Source: Polyangiales bacterium (GTDB taxonomy: Bacteria; Myxococcota_A; Polyangia; Polyangiales; Houyiibacteriaceae). Taken from it: a stretch of 64,000 bases of DNA. The stretch lies in the NCBI GenBank assembly GCA_965227405.1, contig OZ245758.1, positions 2,868,338 through 2,932,337 on the forward strand. Direction: 5' to 3'. Below, piece by piece: positions 1 to 11,413 of the stretch. Both the position numbers and the translations under genes were made by a program. Each line of letters opens with the position of its first letter. Position 1 is the first letter of the stretch. Under the pieces are notes generated by a model, which was given only the letters and a program-made list of their open reading frames with translations, was not told the DNA's origin and ran no database searches.

Positions 1-387
1 CGTGAGGGACGACAACCGGTGTTTGCGATTTGACCACGAACTCCTGATCGAACACGGCGTCGCCGGTTGGAACATCTTGAAGCCCCAGAGCGCGTCCCAT
101 CTTTCGAAACAGCCCAGCCTTGAGCACTTTGAGTTCGGGTCCAGCCCCGAGTAACCACGGGGCGCGAATGATTGTGAACGTTTCCGAATGCTCACCCGAA
201 CTCTCGACGCGCAACGTGACCTGCACGACGATGTTGTGGATCTCGGCGTAGAGTTCGGGCTTGGTTCGATTGAAGAGTCCGCCGCGAGGAGGCCGATACT
301 CCCCGCCCTTTTGCTGCGCCACGATCGACCACGCACGAGCGCGATCGGAACGTCGCTCGAAGAAGTCGTAAATCGCTTCGCCGACCA

Positions 388-1263
388 TTAGCCAGCTTCG
401 GCCGGCTTGCGACCAAGGTTCATCACAATCCCAAACACTGCACCGGTCGCGAACATGATCAGGCTGTACACCGCGGGTGCAATTGTGGTGACCGGATTCG
501 CGAGCAGCGTCGCCGTGATGAAGATCGCGGTCGTGCCATTCTGAATGCCGACCTCGACCCCGATCGTGATCGCTTGAGCACGTCCGAGTCGCAGCAAGAA
601 CGCAGCTCCGGTGCCGATCGCCATGCTCGCGATGTTGAGCGCGAATGCGGCCCAGCCGGCCTGCACAAAGAATCCACCGAGCCCGTCCCAGTTCTGTTTG
701 ACGACGCCAGCAATGATCAACGCCAAGAACAACGACGAGAGGATGCGAACCGGACGCTCGGCCTTCTCGGCAAAGCTCAGCTTTTTGTGCCGGATGAACA
801 TGCCCAAGCCCACCGGCAGAATCGTGATCGCAATCAGCGTGATGATCGTTTTGCCGATGGGGAGTTGAATTGCAGTCGCGTCCATCCCGAACTGTTCGAA
901 CGCGAGGTTGGCCACAAAAGGCACCGTGAAGGGTGTGACCAAACTGGAGATCGCGGTGAGCGTGATCGAAAGCGCAAGATCGCCCTTGGCGAGAAACGAG
1001 ATCAGGTTGGAGGTGACTCCGCCGGGACAGAGCGCGAGGATGACGAGTCCGACGGCAAGGGGTCCGCTCATGCCGAACACACTCGCCACGCCGAATCCCA
1101 GAAGGGGCAACACAACGAGCTGACAGACCACACCAAGGAAGACCGGCAGCGGCCGTTGTCCTGCGCGTTTGAAATCAGCGAGTGTGAGCGCAAGCCCCAG
1201 CCCCAACATCACGATGAAGAGAGCGAGGGGAAGGACGACCTTGGTCAGAATGCTGTCTTCCAC
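388..1263 (-). CDS. bile acid:sodium symporter (BASS/SBF) family membrane transporter
   Basis: 291-aa polytopic membrane ORF. It carries the BASS-family signature LALCPGGVTSN and roughly 9-10 hydrophobic helices. Last gene of a minus-strand cluster after the MbnH-like gene. Confidence 0.55.
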   Translation of the reverse strand: MEDSILTKVVLPLALFIVMLGLGLALTLADFKRAGQRPLPVFLGVVCQLVVLPLLGFGVASVFGMSGPLAVGLVILALCPGGVTSNLISFLAKGDLALSITLTAISSLVTPFTVPFVANLAFEQFGMDATAIQLPIGKTIITLIAITILPVGLGMFIRHKKLSFAEKAERPVRILSSLFLALIIAGVVKQNWDGLGGFFVQAGWAAFALNIASMAIGTGAAFLLRLGRAQAITIGVEVGIQNGTTAIFITATLLANPVTTIAPAVYSLIMFATGAVFGIVMNLGRKPAEAG

Positions 1264-1306
1264 GCGGCATTCTTAGCATCTCGAGCGGCGTCTCTTGCGA
1301 TGCAGA

Positions 1307-2434
1307 TCAGAGCCCAGGAAAGGGCTCTAGCCACGGGTCGCTGAAACGTGGGTCATTCAGCAGAACGTCATCCGTCAACGAGTTCAAGAACTCGAGTAGA
1401 TCGGGCGTGAAGCTCTCGTCGAAACCGTTCACGAACAGACTCTTGTTGGGATTGAGCCGTCCGTCTCCGATGTTCTCGCCTTCGTCGATGTTCTGTCCGC
1501 CGGCTTGGTAGATGGCGAGCACACCTTCCAGCGTTTCGATGCTGCCGTCGTGCATGTACGGCGCCGTGAGCGCGATGTTGCGCAGTGAAGGCGGTTTGAA
1601 TTTGCCCATGTCGCCGCGCTCGCCGGTGTGTTCGAAGAGTCCCGTGTTGGTCTCTGGATACGCGCCGCGACCGTCCACGTTGTACAGGCCGTTGTTCAAG
1701 AAACTTGCTTGATCGAACACGTTGCCCATGTGGTCCACTGCGCTCGAAAGCAGAAACCCGCCGTGGCAGTGAAAGCACTCGGCCTCTTCTTCGAAGAACG
1801 CGTCGCTTCCACGTCGTGCAGCTTCGCTGATCGCATCGGTCTCGCCAGCGACGAAGCGATCGTAGGGCGACTGGCCGCTGCTGAGGATCGTGCGCTGAAA
1901 CGAGGAGAGTGCTTTGGTGATGTTCCCGATCGTGAAGGGATCGGCATCGTTGGGAAACGCTGCTGGGAACAGTTCTTGGTAGCGTGCTTCGTCCCGCACG
2001 CGTTGGATCAGCTCGACTTCCAACCCTGCCAAACCGAGCTCGACAGGGTCTTCGCCAAACATGGGCACCAATGCTTGGTCCTCCAAATGTCGAACCACCG
2101 GGCTCGCCCACGTTAACGTCGCGGCATAGGCCACGTTTACCAGCGACATCGAGCCTCGAGGTGTCATCTCACCCGTGGACCCGACCGACACAGGGAGTGC
2201 GTCAGTAAACGCGAGTTCTTGAACGTGACAGCTCGCGCACGACTGGGTCTGGTTGCCGCTGAGCCGCGTGTCGTAGAACAGGTGGCGCCCCAGCAGCACC
2301 TTCTCTTCGCTCATCGGGTTGTCGTCGGGAACGCGCGGTTCCGGAAACCCGTCGGGCAAGTCGAAGACGTAGCTATCGCTGGGCTGACAAGCCAACCCGC
2401 ACAGCACCATCAGCGACAGAGCAGAGCGCATTAA
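1307..2434 (-). CDS. di-heme cytochrome c peroxidase family protein (MbnH-like)
   Basis: Two CxxCH heme motifs (SCASCH and CFHCHGG) in a CCP/MauG-like order. The likely start is the M of MRSALSLMVLCGLAC (signal peptide), which abuts the stop of the upstream MbnP-like gene; the upstream M in the track looks like an N-terminal extension. Confidence 0.65.
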   Translation of the reverse strand, partial: LMRSALSLMVLCGLACQPSDSYVFDLPDGFPEPRVPDDNPMSEEKVLLGRHLFYDTRLSGNQTQSCASCHVQELAFTDALPVSVGSTGEMTPRGSMSLVNVAYAATLTWASPVVRHLEDQALVPMFGEDPVELGLAGLEVELIQRVRDEARYQELFPAAFPNDADPFTIGNITKALSSFQRTILSSGQSPYDRFVAGETDAISEAARRGSDAFFEEEAECFHCHGGFLLSSAVDHMGNVFDQASFLNNGLYNVDGRGAYPETNTGLFEHTGERGDMGKFKPPSLRNIALTAPYMHDGSIETLEGVLAIYQAGGQNIDEGENIGDGRLNPNKSLFVNGFDESFTPDLLEFLNSLTDDVLLNDPRFSDPWLEPFPGL

Positions 2435-3240
2435 GGCGCGCGGAATACTCGTTGCGTGCCCGCCGCGCCACCTGCGAAGGGAAGGCCGAGGCTTTCGAAG
2501 ATGGCGGCGCAATCCGCGTCCATGGGGTTCGACATGCATCCGGGCTGAGTCTCGCCAGTGTTGCCGAGGTCGCTACCCGAGACCAGTTCGGCGAGGTCGA
2601 TCACCAACGCGCTGGTTGTGGGGTCGAATCCATCGACGGCAATCTCCGGGACGTTCAAGTTCGTGCACGATGCGTTGCCCATCATGTCGCCTTCGCACGC
2701 GGTGCTTCCGAGGTGGACGCGCCATCCGTCGAACGCACTCGATGTCGCGTCGAGACGAATAAATTTGTAGCCCGCGTTCCAGTTCCACCACAGCGCGGTC
2801 AGGTTGAGTGGCGCACCTTGTGCGGTGGGGTCGGCGTGGTTGGAGTTCTCGGGGACGCCGAGACGAAAGCGAACACCGGTGTACTCGCCTGCGGGCGCGG
2901 TTCCACGAATCGTATCGTTGAGATCGGTGTTGCCCATGTCGCCGCAGCCGTTTTCAAAATCGAGCAGCGCGACCTCGCCGTTTTGCCACATGCCGTCGTC
3001 GTCCAGGTCGACCGCGACTTCTTCACCGTCCGCCGTGACGAGTCGTACGTCGTGCACGTAGAACCGGAAGTCGCGCGGTGTCAAATCGGCCGCTGCCGTT
3101 CCAAGACCGGTGTAGGTGGTGCCGCACGAAAACGCTTCGGTGCCGACCATGGCCGAGAGTTGGATCGAAACGGGATCACCACCGTTTCCATCACCGCAAC
3201 TGAGGACACCCAAGAGAACCAACGCCAAGCTGATACGCAT
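2431..3240 (-). CDS. MbnP-like periplasmic lipoprotein (partner of the di-heme peroxidase)
   Basis: Start set at MRISLALVLLGVLSCGDG (lipoprotein signal, CAT at about 3240). Secreted Cys/Trp-rich protein, placed directly upstream of and stop/start-coupled to the di-heme peroxidase, as in MbnP/MbnH pairs. Confidence 0.5.
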   Translation of the reverse strand: MRISLALVLLGVLSCGDGNGGDPVSIQLSAMVGTEAFSCGTTYTGLGTAAADLTPRDFRFYVHDVRLVTADGEEVAVDLDDDGMWQNGEVALLDFENGCGDMGNTDLNDTIRGTAPAGEYTGVRFRLGVPENSNHADPTAQGAPLNLTALWWNWNAGYKFIRLDATSSAFDGWRVHLGSTACEGDMMGNASCTNLNVPEIAVDGFDPTTSALVIDLAELVSGSDLGNTGETQPGCMSNPMDADCAAIFESLGLPFAGGAAGTQRVFRAP

Positions 3241-3302
3241 GAACGCAATAAAGCCCAGCGTCGTTGGAACTGCAACTAGGTGCGGCAACACGCCGCAGGA
3301 TG

Positions 3303-3782
3303 TCACGCAACGAGCGGCGCGTTGTTCTTGCTGAAGCGCAACAGTGCGGTGGGCCAAAGCTGAACAGGCTCGGTGCTTTCCGTGCGTTCGGGCTCTCCGT
3401 CAAAGAGCGCACCAAATGCGCCCCAGCGACCTGTGCGACGAAACGCGATCGAGGCCGGAAACACGTAGGTGGTCTGCGCGTGCGGATCGTCGAGACGCAA
3501 AAGAATGCGCGTGCCCTTGGGCGGTGGCGTCTTGGTGGCAACGACGATACCCGCTCCGCTCAGCGTGCGAATCTCGCCGCGTGCGAAACCGCCCGGCACG
3601 GCAAACGACACCGGGTACGACGCCGCACCACGCGTCGAAGTCTCTTTGCCGCCGTCGCCCCAAGGTGGCGCAGAGCCGAGCAAACGACCCAGTCCAACCA
3701 TGCGTGCTCGCTCGAGTTCACTGTGCGATTCCAGTGCGCGAAGCGTGCGGTACTCGTGAATGAGTTCGAGTAGGTTATTCAT
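3303..3782 (-). CDS. PilZ-like domain protein (putative c-di-GMP receptor)
   Basis: Start set at MNNLLELIHEYRTLRALE (CAT at about 3780-3782). It has an RxxR-type N-terminal motif and a central TLSGAG/IVVAT segment resembling a degenerate PilZ DxSxGG motif. The track ORF extends further 5'. Confidence 0.35.
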   Translation of the reverse strand: MNNLLELIHEYRTLRALESHSELERARMVGLGRLLGSAPPWGDGGKETSTRGAASYPVSFAVPGGFARGEIRTLSGAGIVVATKTPPPKGTRILLRLDDPHAQTTYVFPASIAFRRTGRWGAFGALFDGEPERTESTEPVQLWPTALLRFSKNNAPLVA

Positions 3783-4069
3783 GGGCGTCTCCTTGTCTGT
3801 TGTACGGAGCAACGCGCGTGCCGTTCCGAATCGACGGAAAAAGCCCGCAATGTCGGTCGCGCTGCGGCTTGAGCGAGACATTGATGTCGCGGTGCGTGCA
3901 CACCTATACAGACGTCGTTCACACCCGATCGTTCTACGAATTCGACGTGCGCTGAGAGTCCCAAGAAACACGAGCCAAACAGTGTCTAACGGGACACTTC
4001 AGTTTCGCTGAACTTCGTTTGAACGCTCCACCAGGGTCCGGCAACGGAAGGTGTAGAGGTCAGAAGAAC

Positions 4070-4495
4070 ATGCGCGTCGTTATCGTCGTCGCGCTGCTCT
4101 CGCTCGGAACCACTGCGTCGGCTGAGTCGACGGAGGGCGACGTGCGCGTGCAGCTCGAACAAACCGAACGTGCGAGCTTTCGTCTCGCGCGACTTGTGTC
4201 TACCCACTTGGCTAACGCACGAGCGTGGGGTCAGCGGCGTCAAGCACGTTGTCTCGATACGTTGCTCAGCGAGGTGCATGCCGTGGGTTTGCAAGCGCGT
4301 GCGCGCCGTCAGTCGCGGATTGAAGACGAGCGCTTGGCGACGATGCAGCGAACGTTGGATGCGCGTTTGGAGCGGTTGCGTTTGGATTCGCGTCGCTGTC
4401 TGGGACACGAACGCACGCGAACGCGAACGACGGTGACTGTGGAGATCGAACCCGGAACACCAACCGGCGATCCAACACGTCTACCGTCAAAGTAG
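4070..4495 (+). CDS. hypothetical secreted protein
   Basis: Start placed at MRVVIVVALLSLGTTASA (signal peptide). The mature part is Arg/Leu-rich and helical. No recognisable domain. Confidence 0.3.
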   Translation: MRVVIVVALLSLGTTASAESTEGDVRVQLEQTERASFRLARLVSTHLANARAWGQRRQARCLDTLLSEVHAVGLQARARRQSRIEDERLATMQRTLDARLERLRLDSRRCLGHERTRTRTTVTVEIEPGTPTGDPTRLPSK

Positions 4496-4497
4496 AC

Positions 4498-5079
4498 CTA
4501 GAACGACGTAGGTTTGTCGCCTTCGGTCACGATGCCTTTGCTGCGTTCCCAGGCGAGTCGGTTCTGACGCCAGCGTCGTTGTGAGCGAACGAGCAGGAGC
4601 AACGGAAAGCCGAAGAGCATCAAGGGGATTAGACCGACCCAGATACGCACCTTCGCCTGCTTCAAATCGCGCAATGTCATGCCGCCGTGTTCGCGCGCAG
4701 CCTCGACTTCGATCGTGTGCAGCTCTTCCGCCTGCACCGCCATCCACCGTTCGTAAGCCCGTTGGCCGCGCGCATCGAGATCGGTCATTCGAATGAAGTC
4801 GCGGTTTGAGGTCACCCAAGGAAACTGCGACTCGCCTACCAACATCACGCCGGACGACGAAAGGTCGGCGTAGTCGTCAACAGCAAACGAGCCTTGCTCG
4901 GGGATGAGCTCACAGTTTGTGAGTCGAAAGCGCCCCTCCTGTGGCGAGCGCGTCCACTCTGAGCACTCCATCTCGGTTGGAGCACCGCGGCTCCATTGCA
5001 TCCAGATGGTGAAGAACACACCGCTCAGGCTCAACGCCATGAGGACGACGAGAAGTGTTCGATACCCCGAGCGAGTCAT
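4498..5079 (-). CDS. hypothetical membrane-anchored protein
   Basis: ORF with one N-terminal TM helix (LLVVLMALSLSGVFFTIWM) and a C-terminal TM helix. Its start abuts the stop of the upstream zinc-ribbon protein. High GC3. Confidence 0.35.
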   Translation of the reverse strand: MTRSGYRTLLVVLMALSLSGVFFTIWMQWSRGAPTEMECSEWTRSPQEGRFRLTNCELIPEQGSFAVDDYADLSSSGVMLVGESQFPWVTSNRDFIRMTDLDARGQRAYERWMAVQAEELHTIEVEAAREHGGMTLRDLKQAKVRIWVGLIPLMLFGFPLLLLVRSQRRWRQNRLAWERSKGIVTEGDKPTSF

Positions 5080-6011
5080 GGCGCCTCTCGACACACCGTG
5101 TGAGGCGTCAGGTCGATCTCGTTCATCCGGGCTGCCGCGTGAACAACAGGTCCCGCGTCCTCATCACTCGAGCACATCACGTTCAACGTGTGATGCGCGA
5201 CGGCACGCGTGTTGTCATGACCCGCTAGTGCAACGAGGGCGTGGATTACCGCCGGCGTATGGTTTCGTGAAAAACTCAGAATGCCAGCTCTCGCAGGCGG
5301 CGAGAGTTCTTGCTCCATGCGCAGCAACCCCGCTGCATTCTGCGGTTCGGCAGTGTTTGCAAAGCGCGTGAGCAGAGCATCGCGCACGGCAACGGGTTGT
5401 TGCGCGTAGCGCTCAGAAATCGGAGTGCCGCTCGCTTCTGAGTACGCGATCTCACCGCATGCAATCCCCCCGTCGGTGAGTTCTCGACGCAGTGCGTTGC
5501 TCACGGTCGACGTCTCATCGGCTTGAGCGCCGATGTCTACGAGCTGGCAGAGCCCAATACTGCGCACAACGGTTCGCTCATGCTCCAACAACGCAAGTAC
5601 TTCCGAGCGTTCGTTGAACGGCTCGTCTTTGGGCATGTCGATATCGACGACAAAGAACACCATCGAGAACAAGAAGAACGCCATCATGGGTTGAAACGCG
5701 GAGATCACCAGCGCCCAAATCGCGTTGCTTCGGATGTACGCGTGCCACGGGCTGTACTCACCGGCAGCATCGCGCGCAGCGGCGTACTTCAGCCATTCGC
5801 GCGCACGACCCACCGCCATGATCGTGGTGATCAGCATCGGGTTGAAGACGATGCCCAGCGCCGCGATGTTGGACGGCTCCCATCGACCCGGTGTGGGATC
5901 GGGTCGTTTCTGTTGCCCAGCAACGCAAACCGGACACTCGGACGCGCCACCGAAGTGGTATTCGAGCACCACGCGTTGGCAGCGTGGACAGTTGCGAGTC
6001 GTTTCTTCCAC
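5076..6011 (-). CDS. zinc-ribbon membrane protein, function unknown
   Basis: N-terminal CPRC...CPVC zinc ribbon, then two TM helices and a soluble C-terminal domain. Lies directly downstream of clpB on the same strand. Confidence 0.4.
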   Translation of the reverse strand: MEETTRNCPRCQRVVLEYHFGGASECPVCVAGQQKRPDPTPGRWEPSNIAALGIVFNPMLITTIMAVGRAREWLKYAAARDAAGEYSPWHAYIRSNAIWALVISAFQPMMAFFLFSMVFFVVDIDMPKDEPFNERSEVLALLEHERTVVRSIGLCQLVDIGAQADETSTVSNALRRELTDGGIACGEIAYSEASGTPISERYAQQPVAVRDALLTRFANTAEPQNAAGLLRMEQELSPPARAGILSFSRNHTPAVIHALVALAGHDNTRAVAHHTLNVMCSSDEDAGPVVHAAARMNEIDLTPHTVCREAP

Positions 6012-6059
6012 CGCGCTCAGTCTGACATCGATCAGGACGCGCTGCGTCCCTAGAACTCG

Positions 6060-8657
<2,598 letters not shown>

Positions 8658-8863
8658 CTCAGCAGTCCTCTTAGAAGTGTTCTCTTCGAAGTGGTGGTCG
8701 CCGGCTTCGATTCTACGCGTTGCATCCTAAGCATCGCGAAGAAGACCGGTTTGCGTCGAGGGGCTATATCTCGTCGCCAAAGCAAACTAAGCACGCCCGT
8801 TCGGGGGTCAATGCCCCCACGCGTGCTGCTCAGTGCGAAACCTCAGCGTGCTAGGTAACGCTG

Positions 8864-10018
8864 GTGAAACCAGGCAAGCACATGGGCGCGTACTTCGCAG
8901 CGCTTCCCTTCGTGCTTGGTCTGGTGTGGTTGGCGCTGCAGTTCATGGACAGCACATTGCTCGTGGAGCTCTCGCTCTATGCTGGACCGACTCTGCTCGC
9001 AGGCATGGTGCTCGGGCTCCCGATCGTGGCCGGCGTGTTTTGGAAACGCGGTGACGCTCATCCCATCGCACGTGCGGCGTTGATCATCACCTTGCTCTCA
9101 CCGCTTAGCGTGGTGCTTCCGTGGGCGTCGGTCCCCGCAAACATCGGTCTTGGGTTGGCGAACTTCGCGTTCTTTGCGGAGTGGCTGACGAAGTACCCGA
9201 ACTTCGGGCCGATCAACTACGAAGTGCTTCTCGGCATTCTGTGCATCTGCGGCTCGGCCACAATGCCCGCGGTCTATGCGGCGAGTCGACTTTGGGGAGA
9301 TGACGACAATCGCTCCCTGAGCGTCGTGCTCTTCGTGCTCTTTCTCGTCGCGTATCTGCCTGTGCTGTTTCGCCTCGATCTCGAATCGTTGCTGGTGTGG
9401 GGAGCCGCTTCGTACGTGTTTGCTGCCGGCGCGCTTATGCGAGCGCTCCTCTTGGTGTACATGGTGGTTGGCGTGTTTCACGGAACAGCAACGCGTGCGG
9501 CGGCGATGGCCGCAGTCCTGTTGATGGGATGCGATCAGGCACCACCCGTGAGTAGCGACCTGCGCTTCCACACTCCCAAAGCGACCATCGACACACTGCT
9601 CGAAACCTACGGTCTCGAGATGGTGAGCCAAGACGAGATTCGTCGACGCATGCAGATCGGTCGCTCGTTTCACCTCGTCGATCCCGAAACGCGCGATCTC
9701 TGCTTTGCAGATTTCGACGGTCCAGAAGACGAAGGCATGATCGGCTACGTGTTTGGTGGGTTGGCGCCCGCGAAGGACGACGTGCGCATCACCCAGACCG
9801 GCGACACTGCGCACGCGTTCGGTGAAACACGCGATGGGCGGCGCAATCGACCGATTGTTTTGGAACGTGACAGCACAGGTGCCTGGCGAATTGTGCTGGA
9901 GGAAAGCGTGCCGTCGGATGTTCGCGATCGCCTCGATCGGGTGGTGGAAGAGGGCGACAACCCGCTCAAACGCTACCGACAGCAAGCACCAACGCCCGAC
10001 ACGCCGACGCCTAACTGA
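8864..10018 (+). CDS. hypothetical membrane protein with C-terminal soluble domain
   Basis: About 200 aa with 5-6 TM helices, then a lipobox-like stretch (AAMAAVLLMGCDQ) and a roughly 170-aa soluble domain. Could be one protein or two fused calls. Lies upstream of the ion-transport operon. Confidence 0.35.
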   Translation: MKPGKHMGAYFAALPFVLGLVWLALQFMDSTLLVELSLYAGPTLLAGMVLGLPIVAGVFWKRGDAHPIARAALIITLLSPLSVVLPWASVPANIGLGLANFAFFAEWLTKYPNFGPINYEVLLGILCICGSATMPAVYAASRLWGDDDNRSLSVVLFVLFLVAYLPVLFRLDLESLLVWGAASYVFAAGALMRALLLVYMVVGVFHGTATRAAAMAAVLLMGCDQAPPVSSDLRFHTPKATIDTLLETYGLEMVSQDEIRRRMQIGRSFHLVDPETRDLCFADFDGPEDEGMIGYVFGGLAPAKDDVRITQTGDTAHAFGETRDGRRNRPIVLERDSTGAWRIVLEESVPSDVRDRLDRVVEEGDNPLKRYRQQAPTPDTPTPN

Positions 10019-10075
10019 ACGGACGTTACGTCGAAACTTCGATCTTCTCGGCGCACCTCTCCACAATTTGGTTTC

Positions 10076-11413
10076 GTGCGTCTACCCGTCCGTCTCTTGC
10101 TTGTCGGTGTGCTGCTCCTGGTTCCGCAACGCGTGTTTGCGGCCAGTACGGAAGAGTCCGATGTCAGCAACGTGGTGCTCCTCTTTACGGGCATCGCCGT
10201 GGCGTACCTACTCGCGCACTTCTTCGTCGACCGACTGCAGCAACGCTTCCTTGTTCTCAGTGGTGCTGAGTACATCCTGCTCGGACTCTTCTTAGGTCGC
10301 ATCGGACTGCTCGATGATCTCACCGGCATCCTTCCGCTGATCGCACTCGCTGCTGGATGGGTCGGACTCCTACGCGGCATGGAGATGGACTCGCAACATC
10401 TCATGAACCGACACGAGCGCACGCTGCGTTTGGTGTTCTTGCACCATGTTGTGCCTGGTGTGTTGGTCGGTTGCGCGGCGTACTGGTTCCTCTGGACCAG
10501 CGACTGGGGCGACTACTTCTTTGGTCACCTTGGCGTCGACGCGTTGCCGTGGCGCACCGTTGCCGCGAGCTGCTTCATGCTTGGGTGCTGCGCAGCATCG
10601 GATTCGGCCGAGCCCTTCGATCTCTTGATGCGCCGCTATCACATCGAAGGGGAACTGACGGCTCGCCTTCGCGCACTCGCGCGCTTCGGGGACTTCTTCG
10701 TCATCCTCGTGTTCGGTGCGGTGTTCTGCGTATTCCACCTGGATCGCGAAGGTGCCGAACTCTCGCTTTCTGCTGCCGAGTGGTTCCTCGTCCAGGTGAG
10801 TCTGGGGGTTGTGCTGGGCGCACTCTTCACACCGTTCTTGGGTGGTAACGAAAGCCCCAACGGTCGTTTCCTCGCGCTGACTGGAATCATCACGTTTGCA
10901 TCGGGCTCGGCGTACTTCCTCAACCTGTCGCCGCTGGCTGTGAACCTCGCGCTCGGCATGGTGTTGGTGAACGTGGCGCGCACTGGGCCACTGATGCGCG
11001 AGACGCTGCACACCACCGAGAAACCGATGACGCTCATGTTGTTGGTGTTGGCAGGTGCGCTGTGGCGAATGCCACCACTGATTCCCACGCTTGTGGCGAT
11101 TCTCGGCTTCGTGCTTCTGCGCACCTTGGGCAAAGCGATCGGCTCACGCGTCGCTGCCGCTGGTGTCGCGGGGATGCGCAACGATCTTTACCGCGGGTTT
11201 CTCTCGCACGGCGAAGTCACGCTTGCGATGGCGGTGTCGTTTCAGGTCGTCTTCGACGGACCGGTTGTCGACCTGGTCTACACCGTCGTGCTGGTCTCGG
11301 AGGTTGCCCACGACATCGTCGCGCCTCGCATTCTGCGCGGACTTCTCGTGGACGCGGGTGAAGTACGACGCGAACGACGCCAGCCCTTGGTGGCAGAAGA
11401 AGGAGCCAGCTGA
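10076..11413 (+). CDS. cation:proton antiporter-like membrane protein (divergent CPA/Na_H_exchanger fold)
   Basis: 445 aa with a signal peptide (MRLPVRLLLVGVLLLV) and about 11 TM helices with glycine-rich breaks typical of CPA transporters. Its stop overlaps the trkA start (TGATG). Confidence 0.45.
   Translation: MRLPVRLLLVGVLLLVPQRVFAASTEESDVSNVVLLFTGIAVAYLLAHFFVDRLQQRFLVLSGAEYILLGLFLGRIGLLDDLTGILPLIALAAGWVGLLRGMEMDSQHLMNRHERTLRLVFLHHVVPGVLVGCAAYWFLWTSDWGDYFFGHLGVDALPWRTVAASCFMLGCCAASDSAEPFDLLMRRYHIEGELTARLRALARFGDFFVILVFGAVFCVFHLDREGAELSLSAAEWFLVQVSLGVVLGALFTPFLGGNESPNGRFLALTGIITFASGSAYFLNLSPLAVNLALGMVLVNVARTGPLMRETLHTTEKPMTLMLLVLAGALWRMPPLIPTLVAILGFVLLRTLGKAIGSRVAAAGVAGMRNDLYRGFLSHGEVTLAMAVSFQVVFDGPVVDLVYTVVLVSEVAHDIVAPRILRGLLVDAGEVRRERRQPLVAEEGAS

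Noticed and set aside
188-416. Two short ORFs (188..391 plus strand, 192..416 minus strand) at the window start
   Set aside because: Both lie in the 3' flank of the BASS transporter gene with low-complexity Arg-rich translations. They are probably non-coding, or the edge of an upstream gene that is not resolvable from the window.
8658-8863. Looked for a CIRCE (HrcA) element or a sigma32-type promoter upstream of clpB
   Set aside because: Only weak partial palindromes were found (GGGGG-tcaatg-CCCCC and ctcagtgc...gcgtgctag). Nothing matches TTAGCACTC-N9-GAGTGCTAA. No confident call.
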